Assembly: GCA_002104905.1 (NCBI GenBank)
Contig: MCFE01000436.1
Coordinates: 11,387 to 75,386, forward strand
DNA: 64,000 nucleotides
Reading direction: 5' to 3'
Source: Basidiobolus meristosporus CBS 931.73
Lineage: Eukaryota > Fungi > Basidiobolomycota
This document shows positions 60,817-64,000 of the stretch, piece by piece. Numbering within the stretch: the stretch's first letter is position 1; each line of letters begins with the position of its first letter. Under the pieces are notes generated by a model that saw nothing but the letters and a program-made list of their open reading frames with translations, made no database searches and had not been told where the DNA came from. The position numbers and the translations under genes are program-made.

Positions 60817-63213
60817 ATGGTAGAAACCCAGCTGCCAACTGAGCAGCAAAGCTCAACTTTAGTGAAAAAGCTATTACAAAGCTCTCTGGGATGTATCACC
60901 TACTTGCGGTATGATGTAACCAATTGTGATATTCCAACTGAATCTAAATTCAGAGAAGGGCACTCTTCCCCGAGGACAATTATTATACGGAGAACATCGG
61001 AAGTAATTGCAACTAGAGCATACCGAACATTTGATACTTGGGATTAACAAACTTGTAGAACTATCAATTAAACAAATTAAAAGAGGATTTTCAACGGAAG
61101 GTGACACACTCATAGACTGGATGGTAAGCAGTAATAGTACATTCATGATGCGTAATGATAACCAAATTCTGGGCCATCTATAGGAAAAGGGCTGTTACCA
61201 TGCGTTAGAAAAGAAATATGTACATATTTTCGTCATAATGATCTGGTCTTCAATCGTTTTGACCGTAGTGTAGCTACGCACAGTAATTTTGGGAATCTAT
61301 CTCGACCCCGACGAGCCGACAAACCTCGCAGAGACTTATACTTTCGATATAACATATCCAGCAGATGGAGAAACAGACATCACAATATCAAAAGACAACG
61401 AGGAGCTAATGAGATTCAAATCCAAAGGGGAAATAAAGAAGGCTTCGCAACAGCTCCTTCGTCGATTGATCCTGTTGACCCAAACCCTCAAGGTATGAGT
61501 AATTACGCAGGATCCTTGGATGCTATTGCATACGTAGTGTTGACTTTTCCATCAGCCCCTTCCAGGTACCTAAACCGCGATATTGAGAAAAATCTTTGAC
61601 CACAACGTTGTGTCTATGTAGATAATCGTTTCATTACAATGAAACTTCTTTACTATGATATTGCTCCAGCGGACTACGAGCCACCCCTCTTTAAACCAGA
61701 TGACCCTGATAAGAAGTTTGTGTTTGAAGTGGAGCCTGAGAGAATAGATATTGGCGAGGTAGAGACCCCTTATCACAGGTGGGTGGATCTTTGCAAAGAT
61801 CTTATCGCTACACTAGCATTAAGCATTGTGGTGGTAGCATCAATATTAAAGTCGCCACTATATCGGATCAATTTGATGACCCTGAAGAAAACGAGGAAAT
61901 CCCAACTCAAGTATTGAATACTTCAATGTATGATACTCAGGGATCATCCCAATCAGTGAATAGCTCAACACTCAATGATCGGATATCGATTCTCACCAAA
62001 AGAGCGGCTGATGCTTGTGATAAGGTGGTATATGACGCTGAGAATGAGGAGCAAGCTCGTGAGAGCTCCGAGGTATTTCCAATTGGTAATTCTTACCACA
62101 ATCATCGTTTAAATTCCGTTTTCCCAAGGAAATGTCACTTACTCAAGCCACTATCCCTATTATGGACAATAAGGAAAACATAACCACACAGGAGTACTCA
62201 ACATTCCTATCTGAGGTATTGAACACTACATCAATGATTATTTGTGAGTATATCTGATGTTGGCTTATATAGAGTTCATTTTCCTTGGATCCTTCAGACT
62301 CGAACAAGGATTATAAACACTACCCAACAGAATTAGATCCTATTGAATGTTTAGAAAACCTCACACACAGCAAGCTTCTAAAGTTAAGAATAGATAATGA
62401 TCTTCCCACAACAGTGACCTCCCATCAGGAAAATAAGATGGTTGTTCAATGTGTATGTGGCTTGAACGAAAGCGATGGCGATATGGTATCACATATCTAC
62501 AAAAGATCTTTTAATGTATTTATATGTATGTGTTAACAAAAATTTATTCTTTAGATTCTGTGTGACTATTGCAACACTTGGGGTCATATTGTTTGCTTTG
62601 GATTCAAGTCAAAGGATGATCCAAGGATACCAGATGTTCATGTCTGTTATGCCTGTAGATTCAACAAAAGCCAAGAACTGGGTATGAAATATAATACAAG
62701 AAGAATCGAAAACTTAGCAATATGGAGGCACTGTCTTTCTATTGTGTGGGATGAAGGACTGGAGTCGTGTCCGTTACTTGGGTGGAGATTAGGTTTAAGC
62801 TGTGATATTGCAATACCTACTCATGCATAGGTCCCTAAACCGCTAGATTTTTAGGAATCAATACACCAACAGCACGAAAACTAATAAACCGCTTGTGTCG
62901 TGAGGGCTTCCTGATAAAAACTATCAAGAGAGGTGAGCAAAAGACCCGTGGAAAATCCAGCTACCTAGTTGTGAAGAATCCAGAAATGGAAGAGATGCTA
63001 GATCGTTATTTCAGTCAAGATTTGGACGAAGCACTAGTGCATTTTGAGACAAGAGTAAGAGTTCTATTTGACACGGGTATTGTCAATGTGTAACTAATGT
63101 CTCCAAAAAAGCGGGTGAACAGATCGAAGGCAGTATCGAGAAAAAGATCGTCAACTGAATGCACCCCCAAGTCGTCAAATCAAGTTAGTCTTGTTGACAC
63201 TCCTATCGAGTAA
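60817..63213 (+). CDS. HOP1: Meiotic HORMA-domain protein Hop1 with PHD finger; about 12 introns
   Basis: SLGCITYLR|ALFPEDNY, LIDWM|EKGCYHALEKKY|LRTVILGIY, ETYTFDITY, TMKLLYYD...DYEPPLF; PHD CVCG...CDYCNTWGHIVCFG...CYAC. Confidence 0.9.
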
Positions 63214-63751
63214 TGAATCTAACACTTTTAATTTAGTCAACAGAGATGGATTTGAGAAAAAGGAGGAAAGTCTCGATTGCCAAAAGCGCAATATCAGTTC
63301 TGTGAGCGATAGTTGGAAGCTCTGATGGCCATCTGATAAAGGTATCAGCGGTATACTTCTTAATACCAGCATGTTGTACCAATGGCATATATTCTTCGTT
63401 GCGAAATAAACCCTCATATCAGGATTGTTCCAAGAAGGCGAATTCCATTTTAGTGATCATTCGCTACCACAGTTAATACTAGAAGTGAAGTCCGACACTC
63501 TCATTACAGCATGCCAAATCAAATACCAAACACCGAGGAGACAATGCAAGAGCATGAAAGCTAAACCATATATGATTGAAACAAACATATTACTGGAGCA
63601 GTGAATAGGTTAAACGGGAAAGGATATATTATCTGACAGGGGTAAATTCATGTTTCATACTCATTTCCGCCCCAATCCTACGAAGTGCGGGACGGTATTT
63701 AAAGGTACCCAAGGGTTTAGACTCTTCAAGGGTCAGGCCAATCCATAGAAA

Positions 63752-64000
63752 ATGGTGTGTAGAAATATTGTTACTCTGATACTTCTTTGCTTGACTTCAC
63801 TCTCAGGTAACTACCATGAATCTAGGTTGACCTTGTTATCCTTTAATTCCTGATTCTTTTGCAACTGGAATAGTGTCTGTTCTCGCAATTCGCCACGAGA
63901 TCTACCAGTGTGCTAGGGAGTTTGGATGGATGTACCTACTGCCCAAGAATTCGAATTGGTTGTTTTAATGGATGCAAGCCCAACGAGACCTGCAAATATT
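63752..64000 (+). CDS. 5' part of a signal-peptide, Cys-rich (Opy2-like) gene with an apparent 1-nt frameshift; cut by the window end
   Basis: MVCRNIVTLILLCLTSLS|VSVLA signal peptide (intron 63807-63873). Removing one G at 63916-63918 gives CARSLDGCTYCPRIRIGCFNGCKPNETCKY. Confidence 0.4.

Overview
Eukaryotic DNA, almost certainly fungal: short GT-AG introns of about 55-70 nt with CTAAC/CTAAT branch points, a Hop1 with a PHD finger and a Yap1-like bZIP. An early-diverging fungal lineage is plausible but is inference. The window has two sharply different parts. (1) About 1-47.5 kb is an AT-rich, CpG-depleted nest of transposons. It holds CACTA/EnSpm relics, at least two Ty3/gypsy families, a young Ty1/copia family inserted repeatedly into its own LTRs, and several copies of a ~3.3-3.4 kb IS5/ISL2-like DDE element with a divergent partner ORF I could not assign to any family, plus palindromic (foldback) derivatives of it. 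(2) About 47.5-64 kb is a CpG-normal gene island. It holds a Yap1-like bZIP with a non-canonical basic region and an overlapping uORF, a copia LTR cluster, an intron-containing CDC42 truncated at codon 109, gamma-tubulin, a bacterial-type apolipoprotein N-acyltransferase (Lnt)-like gene, HOP1, and the start of an Opy2-like secreted or membrane Cys-rich gene. All alignments and counts were done by eye; no database searches were run.
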